From Phoronis australis (Eukaryota > Animalia > Phoronida): a DNA stretch of 64,000 nucleotides. The stretch covers positions 586,487 to 650,486 of the forward strand of contig NMRA01000012.1 of the NCBI GenBank assembly GCA_002633005.1. Direction: 5' to 3'. Numbering within the stretch: position 1 is the first letter of the stretch; each line of letters starts with the position of its first letter. Below, piece after piece: positions 13,201-28,200 of this stretch. A program made the position numbers and the translations under genes. Below the pieces are notes generated by a model. It was not told the DNA's origin, did not search any database, and worked only from the letters and a program-made list of their open reading frames with translations.

Positions 13201-16200
13201 AGATTTCATGAGGTGTTTGTGCAACATATGCTATAAATCTTTAAGTTACATGAGGAGAAATTTTACTATTTTTATCATTGTTACACCTGCACGTAGAAAT
13301 TCCTGGGTGTTTTACTGAAAGAACAATTGGGTTATGACCTCGAACAAACAAAAACCTAGTAACATCCAACAAGTTACCCCATTTTTGGCATTACTGGAGA
13401 TGTTTCACAGATGTCAATGACACCATAGGTATTTCATGGTCTTTGCCACTGTCCTCAGAACTGTGTGCTATGTGAGTGCTCCATAAACCACAGAATCCTA
13501 GCTATGTCTTTACCTGTAACCTAATGATCAATAGGCTGAGCTGCATTGGACAAGTAAACACACCTAGCAAGTATCAGCTACAGTAGTGTTTGTGTGAGCA
13601 TGAATTCCTGGAAGGTGCCTCACCTTTGACAGAACTCAAGTTTACTTATGAACTTGTTCAAAGTGAACCAAATGATACTGAAATGTGTAAACTGGACAAA
13701 CAGGAGATATCTGTCACGTTCAAACTGTAAATGCTTTCAATGGTGATCTGAAGTGATTTGGATTGGGATTAGATACATGGGTACATAGATGGCAATGCTC
13801 AAGTGATTTTGTCTCCACAACCACAAAATCAAAACACCGATACACGGTTTACCAACCAGTCAGAGTAAGAAGACTTTGCCTAGCCTGTTTTGTTTATCAG
13901 GGAAAATTTGCTAATTTAATACCAATCATTGACAATTGTACAACTGATGTCATCTAATATTTAATTCACATACGTAAATGCATACTATGATTTGCTACAA
14001 CGATAGATATGATAACATCATATTTAGAGTTTACATGATAAACATGACCAGGAGAATAAATTAGAATGTCTTAATACTGGCCTCCCAAACTGATTTGCTC
14101 TGCATCTTCCAAAGTATTTAAATAATGGAAACATCTTAATAACAAATAAACCTTAAAACAATCCTGTTATAAGCTGTCACTCAATGTCAAACTTAATCCT
14201 ACGTTCATAAGTTTTTATACTGCTCAACCATAAGCAGTACAGGAATTTGACTTTTGAAAATAAAAAGTAATCTCCATTATTATCTTGTTATGGCACACAA
14301 TGATTAGCTCTGACAAATTTGAACTCAGTACTTAACCTTCTTGTTCACAACAAAAATGTTTAGCACTTGAGAATAACAGTGTTTAGTCTGGTTCTAAGAT
14401 TTACAAGCAATCATGAAATATTACCACATTAATGGGTTTTTGAATTTTCCTCTGCAAGGTAACATGAATAAAAAACAAAACATTGCTACGCAGTTGAGTG
14501 ACATTTCAAACGTGTTACATAAACATGTAGAATATTCAAATAGTGTTTTGTATGGGACCTAATTTTCAAGAGATTGGCATTGCAGATTTGCAGATGTCAA
14601 AAACTATTTTCGTACAAGCCCTAAAACTACTGGTACATACAGAACCTATAGTCCTCAATAAGGTACTGTAGGCCGACTTGCAGAAGACTGTGCCCCGCAG
14701 TACAACACAGCAACTCTTCTGGATCAGTTCCTTTGCACAAAATAATTTACAAATTTCTCTCAGATGTTCTTTCATGGAAACTATATGGGACAAACAATCC
14801 TAAAAACAGAATGGAGTTTTCTTATTGTTTACTTTTTGAGAAATTTTATTATATTAAGTTTGCCTTGCTGTCACGTTATACACAGTTAAGAAGTGAATTA
14901 TTGTATCAAGTAAATAAAATGCTAACTCAAGAACAGGAAATGCATCCACCAAACCATCCCACTGACGACAATTCACCAAGAAGATTTTAATTTGAGTTAA
15001 ATGCAAATAGGCCTGTTGAATCCATTAACTGTATTTCTCCCAGATTCAGTCACTAGAGGCCAGTGGTTGATCCCCCAATGAGGTAGTCACCAGGCCATCT
15101 ATTATTACAGTCATACCATTGAGAGGATTTTTGCACACCAGTAATCCAATCCCAGGACCAGCTCCAAATTTAAAATGATTCTCTGTTATGTGTGCACGCC
15201 TGATGCAAACTTGCTTACCAGTATGAAACTAATTATAACACTTCTAGAAACAGTTCTTGGGCCATGCCGCAAAACTATTATTTACAAAATTCTGTTTTTG
15301 TCTGGAAGGGTAATGATGCTGTGAAAACAAGTTAATTCCAAATAGTACGACCTTTGAGCTGTGATTTAAGGTGACCTAGAGTTGCCCCTGTTAAAACAGC
15401 GGGTGAATTTAGGCCTTAAAACATAGTGAAGAAAGAACCTGAATGGAAATGAGAAGATTTATAAAATGTTGTCAATCAGTTGCAGCATTCATGCACTTCA
15501 GTGCAGGATGGTTCTGTTTTATGACCTCTGCACATTAACTTCTTCAGCATGAGGGGTACAGGGTCAATGGAGGGATCAGAGCAGTAGAAATAGTTCCCAC
15601 TCACTGCAAGAGTTTACAGAATGAAAAACTAATAAGTTATAAGATTTAGAGAAAAAAAGGAATCGTCCGTGACTCAAACACAATTGCGAAAAATATGTCA
15701 ATGACCTTTTTTCCAGGAACACTAGCTGATAAACAGGATATGCTACTTCACAGCCATGTAACCACTGTAGTAAATAGTTGAACATTTTGACAAATGATCT
15801 TTTATGACTAATAAGTGTTAGCACTGATTAACAATCCTAACAGTTCCAAGCCCGCCACTAAAAATCCAATGTGATCTGCCAAGGTTAACATAACACATAC
15901 AAATCTGAAATGACAACTCCTAGCCTGAAGCAAATTGAACAGTCACTAAAACATCCATGTTCATAAACCGCGTTCTTAACAGATCTGGAATAAAAACTTT
16001 GCCTAAAGCAGCACGAAACTCGTGCTTTCTGTCAAAATACCAAGTTTTGATTTAGTCCTCTTGACATTATAATACATAGATGTTGTCTTGTTCATTCCTC
16101 AGTATGAACGTGGTAGCTGGGATTGGTAAGAAGTTGCAGTTCTTTCAGACGATCTTTCATATCCTGTAACTGATTCCTCATCTGAGTGAGCACCAAACTG

Positions 16201-19200
16201 AGGCCACTTTTATAACGATAAGTGGGCTAAATCATGGTTTTTTACAAAAAGCACAAATTTTGTGCCACTTTTAAGTTTAACACAAGGTTTAAAAATGAAA
16301 CTGATCTAATATTTGGTTTTAAGGAATAATGAGGTGTCTTACCATAATGTCCTTACATCATACAACCCTCTGGAAATACAATTTCCAAAATGATGCTAAA
16401 ACAAAATAAGACAAAACCACTGCTGGCACAGTTTTTTAACTTGAATGTTCACTGACTGTATAAGGAGATTTTTTACATCCCCTTCACAAACTAGATAAAA
16501 TGCCAGCATTTTCGCTAACATTTTTGCTAGTAGCGAAACTACCAGTCATGTGAACAGTTACAAATACACCTGAATTAAAGTACTTAATTAAATGACCTGC
16601 ATGGACAAGGGTAAGAGGCCTTTATAGGCGCACTAATCAATTTATGACAGAGAATGAACCTGCTGGTGAAAATGACCCCTTTGTGGACAGCTTGTCTGTG
16701 TGGTTAAAATTGCTTTTTTTTGGCATTTTAGTTACTGAAATGCGAGCGTTTTCACCACTCCTATGAACCTAGCATTAGAGACAGTCTCTGGTTCTAAAGA
16801 GTGGAGTAGCACAAACACGCTGGTTGCACCAGGAAAGACTAACCTGGAACAAGAATTCCACAACAATTAGCCTTGGACAGGGATACAAGGCAGAACAGGT
16901 GGTGGTTGGAATTAGAGTCATGCCCTTAAACAACTTGTACTAGTTCATATCAAGGGCAAAAATTCCAGTAGTTTTTTAACGGTGAAAAACAACAGCATTT
17001 TAAATAGATAAACATGGTATTTGCGCAGCAGTAATTTTCGCCAGCAATTAGTTTTCTCACAATACGAATCACATTTAAGATGAAAATTGATGTAATGTTG
17101 CTTTCCATTTGTGCAGCAATTCCCGTTTTGCAGGCTTTCGAGCAATGGGAAATTCCCTGTCTTAAGCATCCATCACCTCTCTCAAAATATGCAGATTAAA
17201 CAGCAGAGTTCCCTGTAATGGGAAAGGTAAACTCCACTCCAACGGTATTCAATCAAGATTGCAAATCAACTACGCCACTTGGTATTTAATCTTTAGAACA
17301 AGCGGAAACCCTGATGTCGCCACCAGAGAGGAGTTAGTTGGACAGGTAAGGGGAGGTGTGAAGGCGATTTGCTAATGGGAAACCAACATTAAAGACTGTT
17401 CATTCTCTGCCATAAACTGATTAACACAATAACCAAGTGCCTCTATCATGTGTGTGAGCCGATTGGCTACAAAATTGCTAGAAAAAAAGGCCAAAACCGG
17501 ACACAATGTATTCTTTTCTTTTGGGTTTTAATTTGTATTTTCCTGAATTTCACATAAAAAATTCAAATTACGTTTGAGAAACAGGCACTTACAGGACTAT
17601 TTTGCAATTCTGCTGAAAAAAACTCTAAGAAAAACTATAGACACGCCCTAGAGAGACGAAAGTCACATTTGAGAAAAATGCTATAGAAAAGCATATTCCA
17701 GTCCAGTAACAAAACAACATCAATGACCAAAAATGGTTGAGACACACTCTAGTGAGACTCCCTGTTGCTTGATACAGAGTGGCACCACAGGCATGTGGTT
17801 AGTTCAAACTGGCAATCAAGGATCTCAGCAGTGGGGTGCCTGCACACCACACACAGGGGTACACTCCATTTACTTGTGGTTTCTGCCGGGTAAACCAGCT
17901 AAGACATCCGATTGGTTACAGGTATGTCGACTCGCGGATTTTAAATCAATGTATTGTCTCAATGACGGCTTTCGGATTTTAAACCAATGACATGTCTTAG
18001 CCAGTTCACAAAGCAAAAACAACAAATTCAATCACGAGCAGCCGCTCACATGCACACACGCACACACAAACACACTACCATCTAAAGTAACAATAATGAA
18101 TACGCCAAGACAAATCTTGGTTACAGAACCTTTTTTAATCCACAATTAATGGAAAAAAAACGCAAGCTACAAACGACGAGCTGTGGAATCAATCAGTTTT
18201 AATCGATCAAGACGGAAAAAATCTACATCTAAAAATGCATTACACATTTTGCATAGCTTCTCCTTTATGTCAGTGGAATTATTTTCTTTGTTGCTGTTTT
18301 AGAGGAAATGTTTGACGTAGTTAGTTCAGTAATGAGGTGATTTTCAAAATGAGGTTCGTTTGCACTAATGAGTTTGTACTGCACTTAACAGACACAGTGT
18401 ATAGTCTTACCACTAAGTGAAATTGTTTCTTATTTTACTATCTTTACAGAGATTTAGCGGAAAGTTCAACTGTCTTCTCCTTTTCAAGCACGATGTCCAA
18501 CAATTTTTGACCACACATAATTCAGCTAAATTGAAGGAGGATTATTAAACATTCAAGAAATCCACACCTGGATAGTAGTAATTAGATTTTATAATCTTGT
18601 AATTTTTGTTATCAATATGATAATTATAACAGGATGTTCTCCATTATCAGAGTAGCTCTTGTTTACAATGCTGATCCTAATTTTACCATTAAAGCTAAAT
18701 AAAATTTTCAATAGACGTCCATATTGTAAACTTGAAGTTAAAACGAAAAACCTAGTGAAAATGCTGTGATCGGGAGACTTGCTAATGAAGTAGACAGTAA
18801 AATTTAATTTCAGAAAAGGTGGACCATCCCCATGTATCATGAGAGTGAAGATCTGTCAATTTGTGCTCAAATACATATTTTCAAGGGTGAAAATTTCATT
18901 TGTACACACTATCATATTCGATATCAGTGTGAAAGATGTCTAACAACCAGCCTTTGTATTTTTATTCCATAACTTTAAAGTTAACATTTTCTCAATGACA
19001 AAGAGTTTCTAGATTCAGAAATATGTTTTAATCTCGAAAGTTTAAACTAATTAATAATAATAATATTAAAGAGTGAACCTTGTCAAAGAACCATTGTTTT
19101 GACACAAACTAAGCAGATAACATTTTGGAAAAATGTCAACAAGACTAAACACTACAATATCTCCATGGATTGATACGAATGCATACAGAACAAAATCAGA

Positions 19201-22200
19201 ATTATCAGCTGATATCTTTTGGCTATCAGTTGTAGAGTATGGGTCACCTGTCCTACAGATAAATACTTGCTTTGTTTGTTTTGTAAATAATTGATGCATG
19301 AATTTCAAACTATCCATCACCACCGATCTAATTCACTATATTCAAGCTGTGTTCCCAAGTGGATTTGCTGCCGAATTTCATGGATGGAATTCCTCAAGGA
19401 CAGGAACAGTATTTCTTGTACACAGGTAAACATAAACAGCAATCCCAATACTATTCCTTTAGTACATTACTGAATGACTTTGATTACTTTAGACAAAGAC
19501 TTACAGGTCACAACTCACAGTTAGCAAGTGAATTAAATACTGAGGCATTCAGCTACAAACAAAAAATAAATGGAATAAAAATAAAATGGATATAAAAAGA
19601 ATTTGACAAATGAGCTAATAAGAACTCATGCTGCAGCTACTAGAAACATAATCACTCAATATTGATTAAAAAACTGATTCCATGTGTCCAGGAAAACACC
19701 AGAAATGGAATACTTTTTATAGTGAAAGCCCAATGCAGCCAAGCCTACATTAACATAACCTTATGCTATTATCAAAACACAGAGAATGTAAATTTGCAAT
19801 TTATTCTGTGCAGTTCGGTGATAAGTTTTTTGTTAAGAGTTTCAGCAAACAGACTGATCAAACACAAGCAAGGTTGACTTGGTGAGGGGCGATGCATTCG
19901 GGCATCCCGCGGCGTTTACCAGGTGCTTTATTGCGCTGTGTGTCAACCAATCATTGATAAAGTGAGAAAAACATGCCATACCCATTTAGACATTTACCAC
20001 TGCAGAGTTACAAGTGATTAATCGGTGACAACACTTATCCTCTTCAAAGACACTTAGAGGTTCGAGAATGTGTGATTCTATGTCCTCTTCAAGTCGAGAT
20101 ATTGTGCATGACAACTTATCTGTCAACACATATTACCTTTTTACAGAATCGAAATTGGTTGTTATTGCGTGTAATGATAAAATTTATAATCTTCTAATTA
20201 ATCCTATAACTGTCACCTGAATAAACAAGCACCTGTAATATTCTAACAGGGAGAGTTCAAAACTTAACTGTAACTGAGACGAGACGGACTTAAGTCGAAA
20301 AGCAAAGCAAACTCTCCAGACCAAAGATGTGTGTTTGCTTGCGTGAAATTGAAGAAACTTACCTTTCTTGGACTTTGCACCTATTTTTAACTTGGACGGC
20401 CATGTTATCTGTGTGTCAGTATCTTCCATTACCTGGTCAGAATAAATTAAGATTCAACATACATCAACAGTTAAAAGACCACAGTCAAATACAGTCTACC
20501 TTACTGCAAAAAGTTCAAAGTAGCTAATAATCCTGCCTTGCGACACATGAAAAACTTTTAAATTACACCAATTACTACGATGAAATTGGTCTCAAATTGT
20601 TGCCAATATCCCGGCTTTAAATAAAACACAAGCGTTTCTGCTACCATTTTTGCTAGTAGTAAAAATGCAAACAGTTACAAGTGTCGCTTTTAGTGGCACT
20701 TTGCTGGTGGTTTGAGTTACTCCAAAAATTGCTGGTGCTGTTTTCTCTAGAACTTTGGAAGCCAGACCACTTACTTAAAGGACATGCATGCGCAGAGGTA
20801 AAAGGTCTTTCACAATTAAAAAATTTATGGCAGAGCATGAACACATTTTGACCTCAATTTTCATTTCAAAGTGACTCGGGTGGTAAGAAAACAAACACCC
20901 AGAGAAGTGGAAGTGCAGGGTACAAGAAGCAATTGAGATCCAAGGCCATAGACTTAGCTTTACCAGAGATCCGAGGCTTGATCTACCTGCAGTGTATTCA
21001 GATCTGTTACGGGATCCCCCACCCACCCCGCCATTAGCGAATCCCCAGTACTATTTTTATTGTTTTATTCCACAAAAACAGAGGACGCACACGGTGGTGA
21101 ATCAAGTCCGTGAGATATGGACGAAACAGATATACACTTTTCACATCAAGGTACGGTTCTTTGGTTCCAGAAGATCTTTACTCAATATTTTTCACAAATA
21201 TAGTTTGAGAATGTACCAAATGGGCACTGGCAAGCTTTATAGGAAAATATGTACATCTAGTATTTATATATGTGTATATAAATGGTTCATTAGTGTGAAA
21301 GTGTTTGCAGTATAGAATACAACATGTGAATACTTTGGTGTCAGTGGTAACAAAAGATCACAATGTTAGTCCCACAGGATTGGAAACCAACTGTGAAAGT
21401 GTCAAAGTTAGGTGGGAATGTGTTATATAATGAAGTGGAAACAAAATGTTAGTGGTGTTGGGACACACAGTGAATGTGCCAGAAGAATGGAAAAGGGTGA
21501 AAGTCTTACAGAAATCAGATGCATTAGCCAGAGATCATCCATTCATTCACTAAATAATAGAAATGAACCACTGAACTATACATACTGTATTGCTGCGCCA
21601 TTAGGTCCATGGGTGTCTGTGCGGAATAGCGCTTATATGCGAAATGTAGGCACATGCCCAAATATGCGAACCAATCGACCACGAAAGGCCGCGAAAAATC
21701 GCATCGTTTAGCATAGAGACTCATGAGCCTAAAGGTGCGGCAAAACGGCAATGCAAAACTATCAAATTCCTTGAAAATATGCCAAGGAATTCCAGATACA
21801 GAGACAAACATAAAAATTGCCATCAGGATGCACAGCAGTAGTTGAAACAGGTGCGCCTATTTGCAAATTAATGTATGGGCCTCATGCAGGGGACATTACT
21901 TGGGATTAAATGCAAAACTTTGGCATGTGGATCAATATCTGAACCACTTGGGTAAAAATGGCCACAAAAAGGCATTATTTCAGATATAAGTACATGTGCC
22001 TAAAGGCGCAGCAACACAGTACAACAGCAACTGCAGTTTGTATGTTTGAGTTTGAAGATTGATTCTACGACTTGGTTTTCTGCGGAATGCTGTAGTTCAA
22101 ATGTATTATTCAATGACTTGTCTGAATGATTGCCAGTAACTTTTTCTCAGTGGCATTAAGAAACAAGTCCTACGTGGTGCCCTCTGAACTGGACACAAAG

Positions 22201-25200
22201 TGTGAAGGTTCAGAGGANTACTGTCAATAAGCAGGGTAGAGCCAGCACCTTCTACATATTATTGGATTTGTTTGTTTGAACTCTTTCTTTAATAGCCAAT
22301 AAGTTTATTTATAGTAGCAGTACTGAATATACCTAAGTGGATAGAAGATAGTAAGAATACAAAATTAAGAGGAAAGGTTCGTAAGTTTGAATTCTAATAC
22401 TTCAATAAGCGTTTATAAACCAACAGCTTTAAACTAGGCAAATGGTTCTCCTGAAGAGAGATGCTGAAAAGCAGGTATGAAAGAAAACATTCTTTTTCAG
22501 AATGATAGGTAGTATGTGCATGACTAAGGAAACACGGAAACAAGGTCTAATCGCGACATACTCCATACGTTCTACTACTCAGTGGAAATCATAAAAAACA
22601 GACCCACAAATCCTGAATCCAGATGTTTCTAACGTGGAACAAAAACACGGCCTGCATCAGGCCAGGTTAACATAACAAGGTAATTATGCATAAGGAAGAA
22701 TTAAAAGTTGTGAACAAGTGTATTTAGCGTCGCGCAAAAAAATGTGCTGTCCCTCAACTTTGGTAGCCCTAAACTAGATTTGACTAGTAAGTGTTTGTTA
22801 CTGAAAACAGCATTTGTTACTTTATGTGATCCCCAAGTCCTTGAGCGGTCACTCACTAGTTGAGCCTGGCTCTAGAAAATATCGCAATACAGATGTATCA
22901 CAGTCATCATTAGTTTCAGATATTGTATTTGATGTGCTACTTTTTTTCTAGATATCTGAATATAAAGTATATAAAGTCATTGCTGTGAGGTATCAATGAT
23001 CACATTGAAGTAGAAACAGTAAAATGTAGATTTCTTGTTCTTTTTATACAACTCAACAAATACAGCAATAGAGAAACTCGTTGAATCAGGACAATAAACA
23101 CAAGAGTGACCTTTCTGTTGGGGGTTCTTTTGAAAATGTCAAGGCTGCATTAGAATTACTAAGAGGTTCATTTAAATAACGCTATGATAGAACTGTTTGA
23201 TAAACAGTTGTTATATGTTCTTGGATGTCTGTGAACAATGTTGCAGCAGGCATGCTTTTTAAGCAAACACATTTGAAGCAAACACTCTGAAATAACCAGG
23301 TTTCATTTGTGAGAATCAAGGGCTAATAAGTCTTCTTAATTCAGCTGCTTTTTTAAAAACACTGTTGTTTACATAATGAAACAAAACCACTGAAAAATGA
23401 AGCTGAACATCGGAACCATATTGCCATCTGTTCCCGCACAAGAGAAGGTATAATTTACTTACTCTCACATTGACCTAGCCATTTTCAGATGAGGACAACA
23501 GTTCAGATGTTGGCAAACATGGCTAAGCAATTGAAGTATTTAGTGTAGTGAAACTGAGCAGCTAAATGATGAGGTAGACAGACAAGGCATTGTTGTGGAA
23601 CCAACACACAGATCTCCTATTGAATCTCATTGTGAGTGGCAGACTTGAGCATCACCACATTACACTGACACAGGCACGCCATCTTTGAATGTTTTTGATA
23701 GGACAATACAGATCAGTTTTCCACAATAAAGGAGCAATAGATACCCATGTTCTGCGAGCATACAACTTTTGATTTAGGCCACTTGTTATAAAATGTGTTT
23801 TATCTCGTTTTGTTACTCCGATTAGAAATGATTTTTAGTCTTAAGACAAACTGACTGTTCATTAATGCTTGTAGACTCATTATGGCGTCTTTTTACGGCC
23901 AGTTAGTTTGAGCCACTAAAGCAATACACCAAAACGCCTTCATGGGAATTCAAGGTGATTAATTGTACTGATATTGAGAGTTGATGCTCTACAATATGAA
24001 GGTTTTGTGAAGTAGTGACTCTAATTGTAATTTTTGATGTAGAGTAGTTTGGGATTTTTATAACCATTTGATAATGGTATTGTCTTTGTAGTTCAGTTAC
24101 ACTCATGAACATGGAAAGCAGAGCCTGTTGGAAGAAAAAACCAAGTTTCAGAACTTGAACCCACTTAAAACAGTAAATGGAATCATTTTCACATCAGTGA
24201 GAAATCCTTTCATTGTGATAAACAGCGGACATAACTTACACATGGCAAGCGTGTTTTCCAATCCAACAACACAACAGCATTTTGGACGAATACTTGAAGC
24301 TGCACTGTGCCCTGCTTGCTAAAAACTATAACCGAATTATGGTAGGCCTTTTACTGTCATAGAATCTGTCTCCTAATATTCCTTTACCGTGATAGGATTC
24401 TATTTCCATCCCCAACTGATGGTTTCAATGTTCTTGTTGGGGAAAGGGGCACGATTCGATTTTCATTTTTAGCCAGCTAAACAGGGCAAAATACAGCTTT
24501 AATCAAGACCTCCAAGTATGCATTTTTTCGAAAATTAAGTTCTTATCTGTTCAAGAATGAACCCCTTGAGTCAAAGTTAGTCCTGAATTTCGTAACCCTA
24601 AATCTGCCAAAGAACAAAACACCAGTTTTAAAATCTAATTAATAAAGTTTTCTTTTGACAAAATACGAACAAGATGCAGTTGATTTACCAGAGCTATATC
24701 TTTTTTAGTTTAGCTTCAACTCCAGTGTCAAAGTGTGGCTTGAATTTACAAATGCACTAAAAAACCTCAAGATAATTAAGCAAATTAGACCGAGTCAGGG
24801 CTGATTAGTTGAAGGGACAGACTGAAAGTCATAAGTAATCAGACACACAGCAAGACTTGGGAGGGATTGTGGTGGACTTTGAATAGAGTTACACTTAGCT
24901 CTAAATAAAGATGTCTGCAAGCAGATGCTGGATTTGTTATGGATTTTGACAACTTTGGGAAATTGGATTTCCTTGGTTCAGGAGTTAAAGAAAGGCGAAA
25001 ATACACAGTATAACCCGTCATTACCTTTATGAAGAAGTCTTCAGCTTTCTGTTTATCATTTTCACAACCACCTGTAAAGAAAAACAAGTTAAATAGTCAG
25101 TTCTAGATTCATGACTTGTATTAGAGCAAAGAAACTATTACATAACTTGTTTACCCTCAATGACTAACACTTCCTTGAAATGAACAAAATATTGTGAGAC

Positions 25201-28200
25201 ATCAAAAGACACGTGTGGAGTAAAGTTTTCAGGGGCCGAGTAAATAAAAAGAGTACTTCAAGCAAAACTACAAGAAGTTTGAAATCTTCATTTTAAAGCG
25301 TGTTAATATTTCAAAAATCGATGGCTGTTTCACTAAAGGTTAAGCAATGCTTCTTGCTCATGACACATGCTTGAAAAGTTAGATGACAAGCATTACAAGA
25401 AAAGTAAACATCTGGTACCAATTTGGCAGAAAGGTTATCAAATTTTATGAATACCAGTAACCTGTCGTTGATGCAAAGATGAAAACTGAGTTGGAAGGCG
25501 TGGTAGTCTTCTACAACGGAATGTATTAAAATTAAAAAATTACTGTTGTTCATATACCCTACAGATTCCCATTGTTTTCAACAAACACACTGTCAAAATT
25601 TACAGACCAGAGATGAACAGGGAACCGACAGGATGTGCTGAACCAATGCACCCTGATTGAGAACATCTTATGGGCAGCCTATCATGTCCCCGGGGTCATT
25701 TCGTGGCAGATCCTTCTTGGTCAGTAGACCAAATCTAAACATGATTTCACACTTAGCCCAACAATACAAAACTTGAAGGATGCATTGAATCCAACAGGAA
25801 CTCTATGGTCTCCACACCTTTAGTTCCAAGTAAGACTCAAAACCATGAGTTATGTAAGATATTAACAAGTTGAATCACAACACAACACCCTCAGTGTGCT
25901 TGCCACTGGGGTTGAGATTTCAGGACAATAGAACCTCAGGTGGATTCATGTTATATGTTGATCTGGATACACTGCTGATCAATAGCTAGGATTTCTGCAT
26001 CATCTGCCAAGCTGAATAGCAGAAGAAAAGAACTGATGCTAAGGTAATGATATGTTGATTTAAAGAAAGCATTTGACACAATGTGATAATTTGTAGTGAC
26101 TCATGCACTTCCCTGAAATGAATGACTTCATTTTCAATGATACACTAAGTTGTGAATCAATATTACATAGACAAATTTCCTGAAAATTTCAATACATTAA
26201 TACTGATGCAACAAGTTACTAATGATGTTTCACTATGTGCATGCGTGTACTTAGACCCATGCGGCAACATTTGAAGCCATAGCTGTAAGTGAACCATTAC
26301 GAGTAAAGCCATTCTAGAAAGTGATACTCCAGGTACTCATAGTTAAATTACTTGGCTTCTGGAATTTAGTGATGAATCTTGCAAATGACATAAGCTCACA
26401 TTATTTATTTCACTTGAAAACTGTTGTCATTCCTTGTGGTTTTATTAGGAAGGTTAATTAAATAATATAGGCCAATCACATAGTTATTTAATTTTGTTCC
26501 AAGCAGTTTATGCTATTCAGGTGTGGTTCAATTAACCATGTCCTGGTTTTGACAACTCTTAACCCATATGAAAACACTAATAAGAAATTTAACAATAGTC
26601 ACTGCATTAGACTGTTACCTGAAATTTCCACAACTTGCATGAAACTTGACAAGTTAGAATAACCAGAGGTGATCTTATCTGAGACAAAATGCAGGAAAGG
26701 CAGTCAAGGGTGTGTAGAATGTTTCATACTGGCAACATTTTGACTTTTTGCCGAAAGATAATAGATGCACTCGAGTCCAAAGCAAGATGACACCCACCTG
26801 TGCATCTACGCAAAATTTAGGCTCATGCAGGTTCTTATGCATATGCATAACACTAGGATAAACAAGGCAATTTTTAGGACTAAATGCATGCATATACGAT
26901 AACTTGTAGTAAATAATTATAATCACAACTGAACAATTTTAACACATAAAATTCGTGGATTTTAAAAATAGAGAAAATTCATTATCCTCCCTCCATCATT
27001 GTAAATTTTTATGCCAAAGGAAGACATCTTAATGGGGTTTAACGACACATATATTCAATACCAGGATAAGTTTCCCTCCCTTCAGTCTACCACAGTGAAC
27101 AAAACGTGAATGCCCCCAGTTATTCAAGAACTAAATGCAGAGAAACCTTATAAAGTTCCATGTTTGACAGAATGTTTAATCTGGGCCAATTTGGGTAAGT
27201 ATTAAATCGAAGACAAAATTTATACTTTATACAAATATTGAATCCTCACTTTACACTCTTGACAGCAGTATTCCACCTCATGTCTAAGATGGGGATTTAA
27301 ATTGGAAAGTTATATTGAAAAACTAGGCCAATATAACTTCCTCTCCACTCACTGACAGGTACTGTAGTTTACCTTAGATATCTATTAACAGGAAGTGTTC
27401 AAATAAGTTCAGAGTTTACGTTTTGTCTGTCATTTGGTCAACAGTGTTAAAAGAGAATTATAGATATTTCCGTTTGGCACTGCTCTATAATGTTGAGGCA
27501 TAAAGATAGATTCAAATTTCATTACAAATGTCAACAGCCAACATGGATAACAACAATAGGTCAAACAATAGGTACCAGTCCCCTGGAACCAAATGTAAAC
27601 TATGGGTATAATAAAGAAGGCTTTGTCCTATAGCAGGGTTTAATTGGAGGTGCTTGTCAGAGTGACACCAACCACAAACCCTTCATCATGAAACTTAATA
27701 AATCCAAAAATATCCAACTGAAGTCAGACGACAATTTCCGATGCTCACAAATAACATTTCTAAAAAGCTTTCGAAAATTAAAAGGGACTTTATCCTAAAG
27801 TAATGTTATTTTCTGAGATGAACTTGAGCATAGATTAGAACCTGCAAGCCATGCGATCGAGCTCTAAAACTCTGCTGCCAGAGCTACAATCGAAGCTGAA
27901 TCCCACACCTTCAATGTCAACAGTACTTTAAGCATATGTGGCCAAGTCACCGGCCTTTATTTCCGTGAATGTATGACAGAAAACAGCAAGAATAGGTGAA
28001 TGGTAATAAAATAACAAAAATCTAACACATTTTGTTGTTTGACAGGTCAAAGGTCATAAGCTCAAGAAGTTTACCCAATCCAGCAATAATCCCAAAATTT
28101 CTGTTTTTCGGTGTAAACCTGACAATCTCCCTTTAATCACATCATAAACACAGATTAATTAAATCCAATCAGTAAAAAGCATTGTGTTGTACAACAATAT

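Noticed and set aside
22218-22218. Single ambiguous base N
   Set aside because: Assembly ambiguity in an intron, with no biological inference.
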